Positions 1 to 13,400 of a stretch of 54,738 nt of DNA are shown here, piece after piece (the stretch's first letter is position 1; every line of letters begins with the position of its first letter). The position numbers were made by a program, and so were the translations under genes. The notes under the pieces were generated by a model, which saw only the letters and a program-made list of their open reading frames with translations, ran no database searches and had not been told where the DNA came from. The DNA is from a virus (lineage: Duplodnaviria; Caudoviricetes), in IMG/VR virus record IMGVR_UViG_3300043372_000548, positions 1-54,738 of that record; one strand, written 5' to 3'.

Positions 1-1197
1 ATGGGAGACGCGACTATTTACAAGCATCCACGCACGCCTTATTGGCAGGCTCATTTTCTGGTTTGGGACTCGGCACACCAACGATGGAAAGCTAAGACGG
101 CTAGCACTCGGTGCAAAGATGAGGCTAAGGCACTGGAGATTGCTCGCGAGTTTGAGCGGCTGTCTTTGGTGGCGTCTGGACAGTCGGGACAGACACGGGT
201 TACTCGCGATTTTACCATGAATGTCCTGAACGATATTCTGCGCATCTCAGGACACCGCGAAGTGCAAGACACGAAGTCCTGGAAAGAGTATTCAGAAAGA
301 TGGCTGGCCGCGATGGCGCGAAAGGTGCCGCAGTCGCTAAGCAAGTCGTCGCTGGAGCTTTACAAAGGGCATGTGAAAAAGTTCACGGCTTTCTTGGGGA
401 AGGATGCGACTTTGCCGATCAACTTTGTGACGACTGAAAAGATTCAGGACTGGTATTTGGCTGGATCTGCCAACGGGCTCAGCGCGACGACGCTTAATAG
501 CGATTTGCGCACCATTCATACCATTTTCAAGCGCTGTCTGGCGGAAGGTTACATCTCGCTGAATCCCTGCGCTTTGATCGACCGTGAAACGCAGACAGGG
601 AATAAGCGCACGGATTTCACGAGTGATGAAATCAAGACGATCACCGATTACCTGCAAGGGCAGCGTGGTATGGAGGATTGGCTGACGGTTTGGCTACTTG
701 GGCTTTGCACGTCTCAACGTCTAAGCGATTGCGCGAATGCGAGCCGGGCTCATTTCTTGGTGCAGCCTGATTTCTGGATTTGGGAACTGACGCCGAAAAA
801 GACGAGCAGGTTCAAGAAAAAACTGCGCGTGCCGATTGTCGAGCCGTTGGCAGGCCATCTGCGGGAGCTTTGGAAACGTCCTTCAGATTCATTGTTTTTG
901 GCCCCTTCATTGGAGGGTCGCCTGACGAGCAATCTGTCTAAAGCCTTCGGTAAGATATTGGATGATGCTGGAGTTTCTAGGGGGATGCAGGTTAAGAGTG
1001 GCGCTGGTCAGAATTTCGCTGCCAAATCATTTCACTCGACCCGCCACACTTGTAATTCGCTCCTGGCAAACGCAGGGGTGCCGATGGACATTCGTCGAGC
1101 GATTACAGGCCATGCGGACGATGTCACCAACATGATTTACACTCATTTCTCGGACGAGAAAAAACAAGAGGCTTTGGCGTCTGCGTTTAAGTTTTAG
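1..1197 (+). CDS. int: Tyrosine recombinase / phage integrase
   Basis: Catalytic residues R (SQRLSD), K, HxxR (FHSTRH), H (TGH) and Y (MIYTH); arm-binding-like N-terminus and SAM-like core. Confidence 0.95.
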   Translation: MGDATIYKHPRTPYWQAHFLVWDSAHQRWKAKTASTRCKDEAKALEIAREFERLSLVASGQSGQTRVTRDFTMNVLNDILRISGHREVQDTKSWKEYSERWLAAMARKVPQSLSKSSLELYKGHVKKFTAFLGKDATLPINFVTTEKIQDWYLAGSANGLSATTLNSDLRTIHTIFKRCLAEGYISLNPCALIDRETQTGNKRTDFTSDEIKTITDYLQGQRGMEDWLTVWLLGLCTSQRLSDCANASRAHFLVQPDFWIWELTPKKTSRFKKKLRVPIVEPLAGHLRELWKRPSDSLFLAPSLEGRLTSNLSKAFGKILDDAGVSRGMQVKSGAGQNFAAKSFHSTRHTCNSLLANAGVPMDIRRAITGHADDVTNMIYTHFSDEKKQEALASAFKF

Positions 1198-1201
1198 CGG
1201 G

Positions 1202-1453
1202 TTACTCTTCTGGATGGATGGCGCGGGAGATCTCCCGCGCTTCAGTCTGGGCACGATCACAGGTAATGAAGTCGTGGGCCATGCCTTGTCTGGCAAACCA
1301 GTTTCCGCCACCTAGTTTTATAAACTCGGTGCCTCGGTCGGTGACGACACTTCCAAAAATCTGCACGCTGTCAAAGTGCTCCATGAGAGCGGTGACATGG
1401 TGCTGGACAATTTTCTGCATTTCTTCGGTGGTAAGGTCGGATTGCATAATCAA
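1202..1453 (-). CDS. Small hypothetical phage protein, last gene of late operon (ATG more likely at 1447)
   Basis: 83-aa ORF with protein-like composition directly after the giant gene and convergent on int. Confidence 0.7.
   Translation of the reverse strand: MIMQSDLTTEEMQKIVQHHVTALMEHFDSVQIFGSVVTDRGTEFIKLGGGNWFARQGMAHDFITCDRAQTEAREISRAIHPEE
1221..1240. repeat. Perfect 20-bp palindrome GCGCGGGAGATCTCCCGCGC
   Basis: Read directly; just downstream of the int stop where the two transcription units converge. Confidence 0.85.
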
Positions 1454-1461
1454 GGGATGTT

Positions 1462-1488
1462 ATTTAGCACTTAGGCCTGCTGCTAAAT
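1462..1488. promoter_or_regulatory. Palindromic site ATTTAGCA-N11-TGCTAAAT (copy 1 of 3)
   Basis: Same arms and spacing recur at 41359..41385 and 41474..41500. Confidence 0.6.
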
Positions 1489-4400
1489 CATGGCCTCAGC
1501 AAAAGCTGGGACCGTGATTTAATCTTCTGATACTCGCTCATCGCCCTGTCCAATTCGGCACGGGCCGGACCGGTCAGGCTGGCGCGAAAGCGTTGCTGGT
1601 TTTCTTTCCCACTGATGATCATAAGCGGGTTTTTGTAAAAGAGCAGACGCTGCACGTCCTGACCGTTTTGAATAGGTGCCCCAAATTCCATCAACTTCTT
1701 TTTCAGGTTAGCGATGGCTGTTAGGTTAGGAGTGTCCTGGGCTAATTGCGAAAAGAGAGCACTGCGCGCGCGGCTGGTCGGTGTCGTGCTACCAAAGTCC
1801 ATGCCTTCCGTTGTTGGTAGCTTGTTGGCTTTACGCCAGTCGTCAGCGATCCGGTAGAGGTCGGGCACAGCATTCCGCACATCCAGTCCTACCACGGCAC
1901 GGGCCACCGCTTGCGTAGGACTGCGGGTTTCTAGCGTTTTACCCGTGCTACGGGTGCCAGCATTCAGAAGCGTTTGGAAACCGGTGCCACCGGGCACTAA
2001 AGGAGGTAGCACGGTTTTAGCGGCATTGTCTAGGCGAGCGGCAATCTTCTCGCCGGCAGTCATGTTATTCTCGACAAACGTGCGATTCCCAAAAGCGTCT
2101 TTCCCTGTCATCTGCGCATAGAGCAGGCTACCAATAGGCCCAGCGGCCACGAGGCTGCGGAGTGTCTTCTGCCACCAATCTTCGCCATCTCCGCCTTCGA
2201 CACGGTTACCCAAGAAATCGACGAATGGATGCACGGCGGAAATGTCAAACTGCTGGATCTGTCCCTGGTCACTGCGCACCGGCAGCAGCATGGAAAAAAG
2301 AGGCATCCCCTCCAGCGGCGTCGGTCCAAGCAGCTTCCCAGCTTTCCCGCGCATGTCCTTCTTCAGTTCTTCCAGGTCGTCGTCATCCAGTCCCAACGCT
2401 AAGGCGCTCAGGAAAGTGACCAGCGACGGCACCGAGAGGCCGGCAGCCAGCGCAATTGGGCGCTCCTTCAGTGCATTGCCAAAGATGCGGATGGATTCAC
2501 GGTAGAAGCCCAAGAACGGCATCGCCGTGCGTCCCAGCAGTTTTAGCGTGCCGGAGGTGCCACCATCGAAATACGGGAACCACTGGCGGACGTGGGCGGC
2601 GGATTTTTCAGGAGTCAATCCCATGCTTTGAGCCTTCAGGTAAGCAGCCAGCTTGAAGACCTCATCTTCCGCCTGGTAGGCATTCGCAATGTGGTTGTAG
2701 CTTTTGCTCAATGGATTCTTTGCCCATTCAGGGACCAGTTTACCGAGAGCCTTCCCGATGCCGAGTAGAGCGTCCGGTTTGCCGTCGTCTTGGATCGTGG
2801 CAGGGTCGGGTAGGATCTGTCGCAGAGTTTGGCGCAATTCAGCACTGACAAAGTCGGCGCCGAGCACACCGTTTTCATAGGCCTCTTGTAGAGTGCGTCC
2901 GCCATCGCGCAGCGCGCTCAGAGCCTGGCGGTAATAGGTTAGATTGCCAGGGTTCCAGACGGACGCACCAGCTAGCTGACTGAAAAAGATATTGCCGAGC
3001 ACGTTACGCACATGCGTCCCAGGATTCAGCACCGTCTTGCCAGTTTTCCACCAACCCATGAGGGTATCATAAAGCCGAAGAGCCGTGTTCGGTGACTCAA
3101 TCATTTCCAAGAGTTGTCCAGCGATGTCATCCTGCACAAATTTTCCTGCCAGCCTACCAAAGCGGGCATTGTCTGGGATCTCCGTAAAGTCTGCTACCTG
3201 CACGTCTGAAATCCATTCAGGTTTGCTGGCCACAAAGTTGAAGAACGCCGCCGTGGAGTTATCATGCACCATCTGAGCCATGTAGCGGGAAATTGAGTAA
3301 ACAGGGTCCATGATCAGGCCGGCATCCTCTTTTTCCTGCACACTCAGCGGGGCCATTTTCTGGAAACGGTAACGTTGAGCGCGCGTCAGCTCCTTGATGC
3401 GTCCGCGCAATTCTTCGGGCAGTTTGGCCGGTGCGCGCAGATCGGCCAGGGTCAGTTTCTTATTCTGACCACCGCGCATTTGCAGCGTATCCAGCACGTT
3501 CTTAAGGATGAAATCCTCATAGAAAGCGTCTCGCTGCCCCTGATTGCGGAAGCGCCATTGATTGCCCTGCCAGTTTACAAGGCGAGGCTCCCCGCCGGCG
3601 TCCTTGTTTTCTCGGTCGCTAATGTGCCAGGCCGTCGTGCGCTGCGCGGTAATGTCGCGCAGTCCCAGGCGGAAGCGTTTAGTCAGGCTCTTTTCCCGCT
3701 GCACATCCTCCTTGTAGTAGTGCGGCATGTAGCCTTCGCGCAGGTTTTCAAACGTCTCCAAAGACATGCGGCCTTGCTTTACTGCTTCAGTGCCTTGCTC
3801 GATGAGCATGTCCCGTAGCCGTTGCGCGAGTGCTTGCAGTTCTGCTGGCAGACCCGAAAGCGGAGCTTCCCCCGTCATGGCCAGATACATTTTCTTCCGC
3901 CAAACCGGATTTGCGGAAAACTCAGCGGGGTAAACCAAGTCGGAGAACTTCGGATTTCCCGACAGAGCCCGAACAAGGTCCATAGCCTTCTGGCTACCTA
4001 TGGCCGTCTTAATTTCCATCTCACGCTTAGCCGCGGCCACTTCACGCGGCAGAATGCTATCCGGCATAAATTGACCTTTGACCGCTTTCAGTGCAGCCAG
4101 AAAGGGCTTGGCATCCTCCGCCCCTTGCCATTTAGCAACGGTTTCGGATACACCGACCTTGTCATCAAGGTGACGCGTAAGAGCAGCCATTTTGGCCGAG
4201 ACATGGCGGTCCAAATGATTCCAACCTAGCGCGGCGAGCGGGGATGGAGTAGTAGTGCCTTTAGCCAGTCCCATGCGCCGGCGTTCCGTTGCCCACTCTT
4301 CAAACGCGGCCACGCTAGGAAACTCGGCAATGCTACCGGCTCCTTTCCAGCCTGGCGTATAGTTTTTCAGGTATTCCGAACGAGCAGCCACCGCATCACG

Positions 4401-7400
4401 GATGTCCACACCGAGCACGACTTTATGCTCATCAAATTGGCCGGCTGTGTCCATCTGATTGACCACAAACACCGGCCCATTGTAATCCGCCGGCGTGCCG
4501 GGCTGGATGTAAATATCGATGTGGTCGCCATCTTTGCCCTGCGTGCCTCGGATGTAACCGTAATGGTCATGCAGTCGAATGCTCCATTTTGTCCCATCTG
4601 GATCGGTGCCAGAGCGCACGCTGCCAGCGGGATTCTCGATGGAAATGTCCAGTGGTCCCAGATTAAAACGACCGACTTTATAATTGCCGGCTTTTTTCTG
4701 CGCTGCAGACGGCTCAGGTGTTGAGTTAAGCGGGGATGTGGCTGCCGTTTGAGCAGCGGCATCGAGGGAGTTAGTGGTCACAACACGTTTCTTGCCCGCA
4801 AACAGCCTTGCACTTCGATCTCCTAGCGATTGAGCTTCTTGAGTGGCCTGTTGCACGAGAGCCCCAAGTCCTTTGACGTTGCGCAGAGTGTCCTGGGTAA
4901 TGATGCCAATGACGGGATCATTGATGCGACCGGCTCCTTGATTATCGCCCACAAGGTTGTCGGCGTGCAGGTCCAGAACCAACCATGGGCGCCCCTTGAC
5001 CACGGTGATGTAGGCTCGTGGAGCGTTGTAAGTTATCAGGTTGGTAGGAATCTCCATGATCCCAGAAGCACGACGCGCGGCGGCGTTGCCTGAATTGTCA
5101 ATGAAAGCGTCTTGGCTGCCGATGCCAGGATTCGGACTCAGCGGTTGCTTCAGGTAGATGTGTCCTTGCGGACCAATCGCGGCAATTTCGGTCGGCGTGC
5201 CGCCAAAGTCAGACATGACGGCAAGACGTACGCCAATGGCGCGGGGATTCTTGGCAGGCTGGAAAGACCAGTCGAGCCGGTTCAGACTGCTGTGTCCCAC
5301 ATGTGGCCAGATACCGCCGGCAGGGTTGCCACGACCGTCTTGCAGACGCTTGTAAATTACGCCGTTTTCACGATCCAGATAAACGATGGATTCCACTCCG
5401 TCCGTGTTGGCGTTTAAAGCCTGGATGTCAGCTTCCTGGGCTGCCGTGATCACCGGCACGTCAAAAGCCGCACCGAGGCGCTTGGCTAAATCCGGTCCTG
5501 GGGTCCAGTCGAAGTCTTTGCGCGCAGCGGCACTTCCCTGCCGGAGGGGTCCGTCTTCAGCGACGCGGGCGAAATGGACATCGCGTATCGCGGATCCTTG
5601 TTCAGCGGTAACTCGTGATCCTCGAATCGACGATTTTCCGGCAGTCCGGCTGTCCAGTTGATTGGCTTCGGTGTCATCCCCCATCATCGGCGCAGTTTGG
5701 CCTTTTGCAAGGCTGGAGACCGGTTGCTCCATCAGGCCCATCTCAACAAAGCTCATGTTTCTATCCGTGAAAGGTATTACAGCATCCACAAAGCGCAGAC
5801 CTGAAGATTTACCCATCTCCTTGAGATGTCTTACAAGGCGGTTTTGCTCGTCGCTTATACCGTTATCTTGGCCATTGTTTTGCGGAAAACCTACCAGGAA
5901 GCCATAAGCGCCTTCTCTGGCCGCGCCAAAGATAATACGCTGTGCCACCTCGGCGTTTGTGCTTGATGCAGGAATGCGTTCAACGGCCCGGACAGCCAAT
6001 CGTGTATCCACAAAAAGCACATGCAAGTGGTCAGGGTCAGCGGTGCGCAGTGTTGCGAGATACGGTATTACTGCGAGAGGGTTATTTCCATAAAAAGTCG
6101 CATTGGATCGGCCCGTCGGCAGCACTTCCCAGTCAGCTAGATTTCCCATTTCTGGCTGCGCGGGAGTAGGTAAGATTGGCAGCGTAGGTTTAGTCTTGCC
6201 GGACGGTCCTTGGCCGTTAATAAAGCCGCTCTCACGGTAACTGTAATATCTTTCACCGTTAGTAACAACATGGTCGATTAACGGAAGTCCATAAATAAGG
6301 CCCATTTCACGAAACGTGCGGGTGATTCTATTGTCAGCGTCGCTGGGGGTTGGGTCTCCACTTGGGTGGTTGTGAGCAATGAGCCATCCCGCTAGTTTAG
6401 TTTTCGGGTTGGCTAACTTTGCACTAGCCAAAACCCCAGCAATGCTTTTTGGGTCTGCAATAGTTTCGTTCAAGCTACCCACATGAACGATTTGACTGTG
6501 AACGACCTGGTTAGAGTCGTCCACGACAGCAATTTTAAGAGTCTCAAAATAAGGAGTGCGAACAGCAAGATTAAATGCCGCAAAATCGGCGGCGGTTTTA
6601 ATTACAGCACCTCGTATATCAAAGCTCGGTATCTGCCGGCTTGTAAATTCCTGCAAGATAGTAGAGAGAGTATCTTTCTCTTGAAACGCCTCTCTAATTG
6701 CGCCGACGTTTTGGGAAACTAACCCTCTCCATTCCCGCTCAGCACGTTCTCGCAGTTTGTCGAGTCGTCCACTGTCCCGAACATTTCCTGCGGCAGAGGG
6801 TAACTGATAGGCTTGAGTGGAGGCATTGGCTGCGGCGCGGATGGCGCGCTTGGCGGCTGGTTGCTTATTAGCGGGGACGTTGACATTGGGTAAATTAAGG
6901 TAGCCTTGAATGTAGGAATCACTCAGAGGGTCTTTAAACCCATTTTTTGGCAACGCTCTTTTTCCTGCGCTGTAAGCTTGTGATTGTCCACTTGTCGCGT
7001 CAGTGCGTGCTCTGGCAAGCTCAAAGAGTCGTTTGGCTTGATCGGCACTGCCGTCAATGGCACGTTCAGCTTTGTTAAACCATTGCTTGTAGGAGTCATT
7101 GAAAAGACCATACATCACAGGTTGGACTTCTTCAAGCGGCTTCGTAAGTAGCATAGAGACCTTCTGACTAAGGCGCTCGATGTCACGCTCGCTAGTCTGG
7201 CGCAGGTCGGACGCTGCAAGCGTCGCCACACCAGCCACAGGAATACCCTCTTTCTCAAGCATGGCACGCATTGCTAGCCAACTTTCGCCAGTATTGTGAA
7301 TATCTTCTACCAGCCAAATAGGGCGGCCTGTAACTTGGCGTAGATCATTCAGATCTGCATCGGGCTGGTATTCAACAGGGTCAGACATCTTAGCCCAAAA

Positions 7401-10400
7401 AGTGGTCTTAGCCTTGGCTTCACGTTGGGCAGTCGGAACCGCATAATTACCGCTGGCAATAGTAGCACCGGACTGAGCCAGACGCTGAGCCAGGCGGAAC
7501 GGCAGCACATTCTTCCCGCTGGTAGATGGCATCGGCACCAGCACAGCGTTTTTGGGAATGCTGCTAAAAGCCTCGGGCCGGTAGAACTGTTCAATGATGT
7601 TGTCGGCTTGCTCACTATTAAATCCGCCGGCAGTCCATGCGTTTTTGGCGGCTTGCAATTCAGCAACGTTTTTGCTGGAGGCCAGTAAGGGTGTAGTTTG
7701 GCCTTTGGCAAGGGATGGGCTCGCAGATGATTCAGCCGATTCGGTGGCGGTTTCTGGCGGTGAAGACTTTTCCCGCAGACGGGCATCCACTTCCTGAGAT
7801 TCGAGTTCGAGAGCAGCTAGTTTTTCCGCTTCTGGAAACGTGCCAATCGCGGCCAGTGTTTCCCGTAGTTTTTCAGCTTTGGCGGCGTCATCGGCCAAAT
7901 TTTGGCGGGTGCGCTGCACGGTGTCTTGCAAATCAGCAGGCAGACGGCGGAGATTATGAATCAGGCTACCAGCGCCACTGAATTTAATCAGATCACGGCC
8001 TTTATCATCCAGAACGGCCCCAGCAGTGCTGCTGTTTGGCATGGTGATGTAGATGTTTAGCGGCACTTCCTGCCCGTTGATGGTCAGGCTAGCAGGTGAC
8101 TGCGTCATGCCACGGCGCTCTAGGCGCTTGGAGGTATCAAGCAGCCAGTTGTCTAGCTTGGCGGTCACGGATCCCTCTTTGCCTGCGGTGTCGATTACCA
8201 GCCCTCCAAACTCATAGACGGCCTTATCTGAAATATCCGTATCTTCTTTGACTCCTTCCGGTTTGGGGGCTGTGCGGGTCCACAGCTTGGCGTATTTATC
8301 GGCTTCTTCCTGGGCGGCTGCAATGGCGCTATCCCCGTAGCGGAGATTGGTTTCTAGTCGTGATAGACGGCTGCGTTTGCCAGCCAGTTCATTCGTAAAG
8401 GCTTCACTTTGCAGGCGTAAATCTTTGATTTCTTTTTCGAGTTCGATGCGGCGAATGAAGTCAGGATCTCCGAGGGTTCGGGCGGCCATTTCGGCCATAT
8501 TGACCGCTACGGGGTCGGTTGGATCATCAAACGTATCCTGCATTTCCTCTCCCATGAGAAGCTGGGTGATGAAACGCTGCTTACGGGCAAGTGTACCGTA
8601 AATGGCGCTGTCCATGCTGCCTTCGGTGCCGTAGTTGACGACTTCTACCTCTTCATTCCAAGCGGGTTTTCCTTCCACCTTCTCGGCGTGCAGGTTTCCT
8701 TGCCGGATAATACGGCCATTTCGCTGCTCCATCATCGCCGGCGTAAAATCACGCGGCGGCATGAGGTGATGAACCGCTTTTAGACGGGTCTGAATGTTGA
8801 CACCAACGCCCAAAAGCTCGGTGCTACCCATGATGATACGAATCTCGCCGGCATCGACTTTTTCAAAAAGCGCGGCCTTAGCCGTGTCCGTCATGCCAGA
8901 CTTCATGAGGTGAATCTCTTTCTCAGGCACGCCAGCCGCCACGAGCTTATTTTTCACATCGACATAAAGATCAAACTCACCATCCCCACCGTATTCTGGG
9001 AAGGGATGCCCAGTGAAAGGCATCAGATACTCCATGCTAAAGGGGTTCCGCAAATCACTAAAAATGATCTGGGTGGTTTTGTTCTTTGCACCGGCCTTGT
9101 AGATCTCGACGACACGACCCACGGCAGTATTCACCTTACTGCCAGGATCATCGGGCAGGTTCGGAGAGAGCAAGCGCGGATCTAGGGCGGCGGCGATGCC
9201 TGCTGCCATGGTCTGAATCGGCACGGCAGTAAACTCTTCTTTCTCGTCAGGTGCCGCGTTTTTCCAAAGCTCATTTACGTTGCGGGTCCAAGCATTGAAG
9301 CGGTCAATGCTTTCCGTCGCGGGCACAATGACCATCTCAGGCTCTCCCCCTTTGATCTTGGGCACATCCAGCCCTAGACTTTCATTTCCGAATGCCACAT
9401 CAAACATGGTGCGGACCATGGTAATCAAAGCACTACCATTCTGGAACTTGGCAAAACGGGTTTCCATTTTTGGGGTTCCACCCCAGGCCATTTCTGCTTC
9501 GGTCACGGTCTGCCCGTAGCTGGTGGCAAAGTCGTCAAAGTTATGGATGCCAAAATCTTCCAGTACATCAGGAGCCATGAACTGCATCATGATGTAGGCT
9601 TCTGCCATGCTATTCTTGATCGGCGTGCCCGTGGCGAGGAAGATGTTCTTTCCACCGGTGCGACTCTGCACGTCACGGCATTTCAACATGAAATTGATAG
9701 CGCGCTGGCTATTCCCACTGGCTGGCACGCCTTTCACGCGGCCCATGCGGGTAATGATGGGCAGGCTCTTGTAATTGTGAGCCTCATCCATGATGAGCGC
9801 GTCAATACCAAGATCTTCCCACATGACGGCGGTGTCTTGGCGAGCTTTAAGCTGGTCCAGCATTCCTTGACGGCGTTCTTTGAGGCGTTTCACCATGCCT
9901 TCGAGGTCGCGCACCTTGGCCTTATCCTTTGTGGAGTTCACAATAGCCACAAGTTCCTCAATCTGACTGTCCATATAAGCTTTGACGGCGCTCTCTTTGT
10001 TCGAAATTAGGTCAAACTGGGAATGGGGAAGGATGACGGCATCCCAGTCACCCGTAGCGATCTTAGCCACCAGCTTTCGCCGATTCTGGGCTTGGAAGTC
10101 AGACTTGGAAGGCACCAGCACCTTAGCGCCAGGGTAGGCTTTGAGGTAGGACTTGGCAAACTGGCCAAGCGTGGCGTTTTGCACCACGATCATAGGTTTC
10201 TTAGCCAGTCCAAGCCGGCGCATTTCCTGTGCCAGGATAATCTGGTTAAAAGTTTTTCCGCTACCGACTCCATGCGCCATCATGCCTCGCCGAGTGGTCA
10301 GGAAACGTGCGATCACACCCCGCCGATGCGGCTTGGTGTAAACGTAGTTGGTATTCAATCCAGGGAACTTCAGGTAAGCGCCCGTGTGTTTTGGCGTGAC

Positions 10401-13400
10401 GTACGAGTTATTGGACTCGTTAAAAGCGTTCTCGGTGGCTTCCCAAACGGGGACCGATTGGCCTTCAATCTCGACCATGTTGTCACTTGTCTTGACAAAG
10501 TCGATAAATGCTCGGCGCATCTTATCCAAAGCTGTCTTGGCGGCTGCGGTGTCCTTTGCATTAAAGGTCCGGTTGTCACCACTGCCGTCATAGACTAGCG
10601 GCTCTGTCATATCGAGCGCGTGTTTAAACAAGGCAGCGGCTTTCTTCCGTTCGGAACCGTGATCTTCCGTCTTGTAGAGGCCAGTGCCGGAAATGATCCA
10701 GGAGTTACCAGCGGGAATGTATTCAACGGTGTCACTTCCCTGAAGCACTTCTTTGATGAAGGCATCATAGACTGGCGCGGGAATCCAGCGTGCCCCCAGC
10801 ACGGGAGAAATTCGGGCAATCTCTTTCCGCTCAGGCTGGGCAGCGGTGAGAGCTTCTACGTTTTTAGTGAATCGTGGATCATCTTTGGCAGCTTCTTGAG
10901 CCGTCTCTAGTTTTTGGCGGACGTTCCCAGAAAGGTATTCTTCCCCTTGCTCCAAAAGGCTGGTATCAGGGTTGCGGAAGATGTCAGGGCGCAGCAAAGC
11001 CTCCGCCTCAAAACGCTCTACAGTGCTGCCGAGCAGGCTGGCAGCATAAGCCGAGTCAATCGTTCCTCGCCATGCCAAGGCCAATTCTAAAGCTTCATCG
11101 GTGGTCTGTGCGGAGGTAGGCTCAACGATAGGACGACCAATGCGTTTGCTGAAGATTTCCGCTTTTTGGTAGGTATAAGACTTCTTGCCAGTCTTGGAAT
11201 CGACGGCGGTTATTTCTGTCTCCAGCGCGGCAGTCAGCGGATAACTTGGGTCACTGGTCAGGTGCTTATGGCTATTGGCAAAACGGCGTGAAATCGGTTT
11301 ATGCCGCATAACGTGGTTGTCATAGAGCACGTTTAGGTTACGGCGCAGGCGGTCCAGTCCCGTTTCCTCAAAGGAATTGCTAGTTTCGGCCTGCACAAGT
11401 TCTTCCGCAGCGTCTGCGACTTTGCGCCATGACCGCCACGTCTTCACCATCTCGGCATTGGTTGACCACTCCGCTTCTTCCATGCTGCCGTCTGGCTGCA
11501 CTTCGTAGAGCTTGCCATTCTGTTCCTTAAACGAAAAAGGTTTATCATCACGATCTGCCAGCACGGTGGCTTTAGCCTCTGCCGTGTTCTGCCGCCCCAT
11601 CACATTCTGGGGTAAGCTGGGAATGAGGGCATCGAGGGCGCCAGTGACATCCAAGGTATCAGGAGCCACAAGCGCGTAACCGCCGGCTCGATACATCGAC
11701 GACGCGAGCGTATGTGTGCCAAGCGCGTTCTGAGGATGGTTTACAAAATATTCGTTCACCATGATCGGCGCGGAGACGTCGATGGCTTTCTTGTCGCCTT
11801 TAAAGTATTCTTTACCCACGATGTCACCTGTGCGGACCGCTTCACGGCGAAGTTCATCGACTGTCTGGTCTTTCCCCTGCACTAAGGTAATGGTTTGTCG
11901 GCCTACTTCTGTAAGATTGCGCCATGCTTCGCCTTGAAAAGGCGTCCCGTCAGGCTTGCGCAAGATGATAATGTCCGTCGTTACTTCGGTCCCTGCATTT
12001 TCTTTAAAGGCATTGTTTGGCAGGCGAAAAGCCGCCACAAGATCCCCTTTGGAAGCAATGAAATCCCGTTGTTTGACGTTGTTCTGCATCGTCGATTCCG
12101 ACGTGATAAAAGCCACCAAGCCACCAGGCTTTACTTTATCCAACGCATGGGCAAAGAAAAAGTTGTGCAGGTTCAAACTAGGAAAACCTTTTTTTGATGG
12201 GCCGGACTCATGGAAAGGAACGTTGGAAATAACCAGATCCAGAGAGCCATTCGGGATACGGGCACGTTCAAAGCCGAGGCCTGTCACTGTCCGCGATTCA
12301 TTGGCAGAGTTTTCATTAACGACTGCCTCTGGGTAAAGCTTAGACAGCAAGCGGGCGCTGAGGTCATCGAGCTCTACGGTCTGCCACTGCGTTTGATCCG
12401 CCAGTGCCGCCGGTTGCACACCGAGGTAATGGCCATTCCCCGCGCTGGATTCAAGAGCTCGCCCACCTTTAAATCCAAGCCTATCTACCATTTTCCACAT
12501 GGCGCGGATAAACGGCACGGCGGTGTAGTGAGCATTAAGAGTGCTGGCGCTGGCGCTAGAAAACTCATCTGCAGTCATGCTTTCTTTCAACAGCTTATGC
12601 AGCGGACGGTGATTCTTTTCCCAGCTTTTCAGCCAATCTGGCATGTATTGGCGGCGATACTCGGGAACGCCGTCCCAATATTCTGAAATGTCTTTTTCGT
12701 ATTTGTTATTAAAGGCCTCTTTGAAAGCGCCCCAGCCGGTATAAGAAGCCAGTGTTTTCTTTTCTTCAGGCGTGGCGTTTCGGCGCTCATCTTCCAGCAC
12801 TTTTAGCAAGCGGATAGCCTCAATGTTGGCGGTGACCTTGGCTCTTTCTGTGGCCGGTGCTAAATTCTCAACGTTGTCAGGAACTTCAAAGTTACGTTCG
12901 GGACTTCCTACATCTGGGCGTAGGATTTTGGTGGCATTAGGATTTCCAGCATCTCCAGGCAATCTGGGCATATCTGCGTTAGTGCGGCCTTTAATGTCAT
13001 TTCCTGCTGAGTCGTCAGTTCTAGGTCCGCGAGTTGTTGTTCCACCATCGGCATTAGTTCCGCTGCTTCCGCTGCTTCCTGTGAATCCGGCTCCGTCTCC
13101 AAAGAGAGATCCTTCCCCTCGGGAAGTTGAGACCATGCCTGTTTGTCCAAATAGGTCACCAAGGCCTCCGGTTGTTTCAGCAGACGAGGCAGGGCGTCCA
13201 GTCCGAGCAGGGCGTGGAGCACGTTGGGAAGTTGGTCGGGGTCGCGCATCGGTGAAATCTCCAAAAAGGTCAAGGGTTTGAGCTTGCTGAACCTTCGCCT
13301 CATTCTGGGCTGGGGTCAATAATGTCTCAAGGCCGAGGCCGGCGTTGAAAGAAAAAAGGTCGGGAGTGTTATCGGTTGCGGTGCGGCCTTTGGTTAAAGA

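Noticed and set aside
4367-4762. 131-aa +1-frame ORF as another nested gene
   Set aside because: Overlaps the conserved InPase domain, has shadow-frame composition and no promoter was seen
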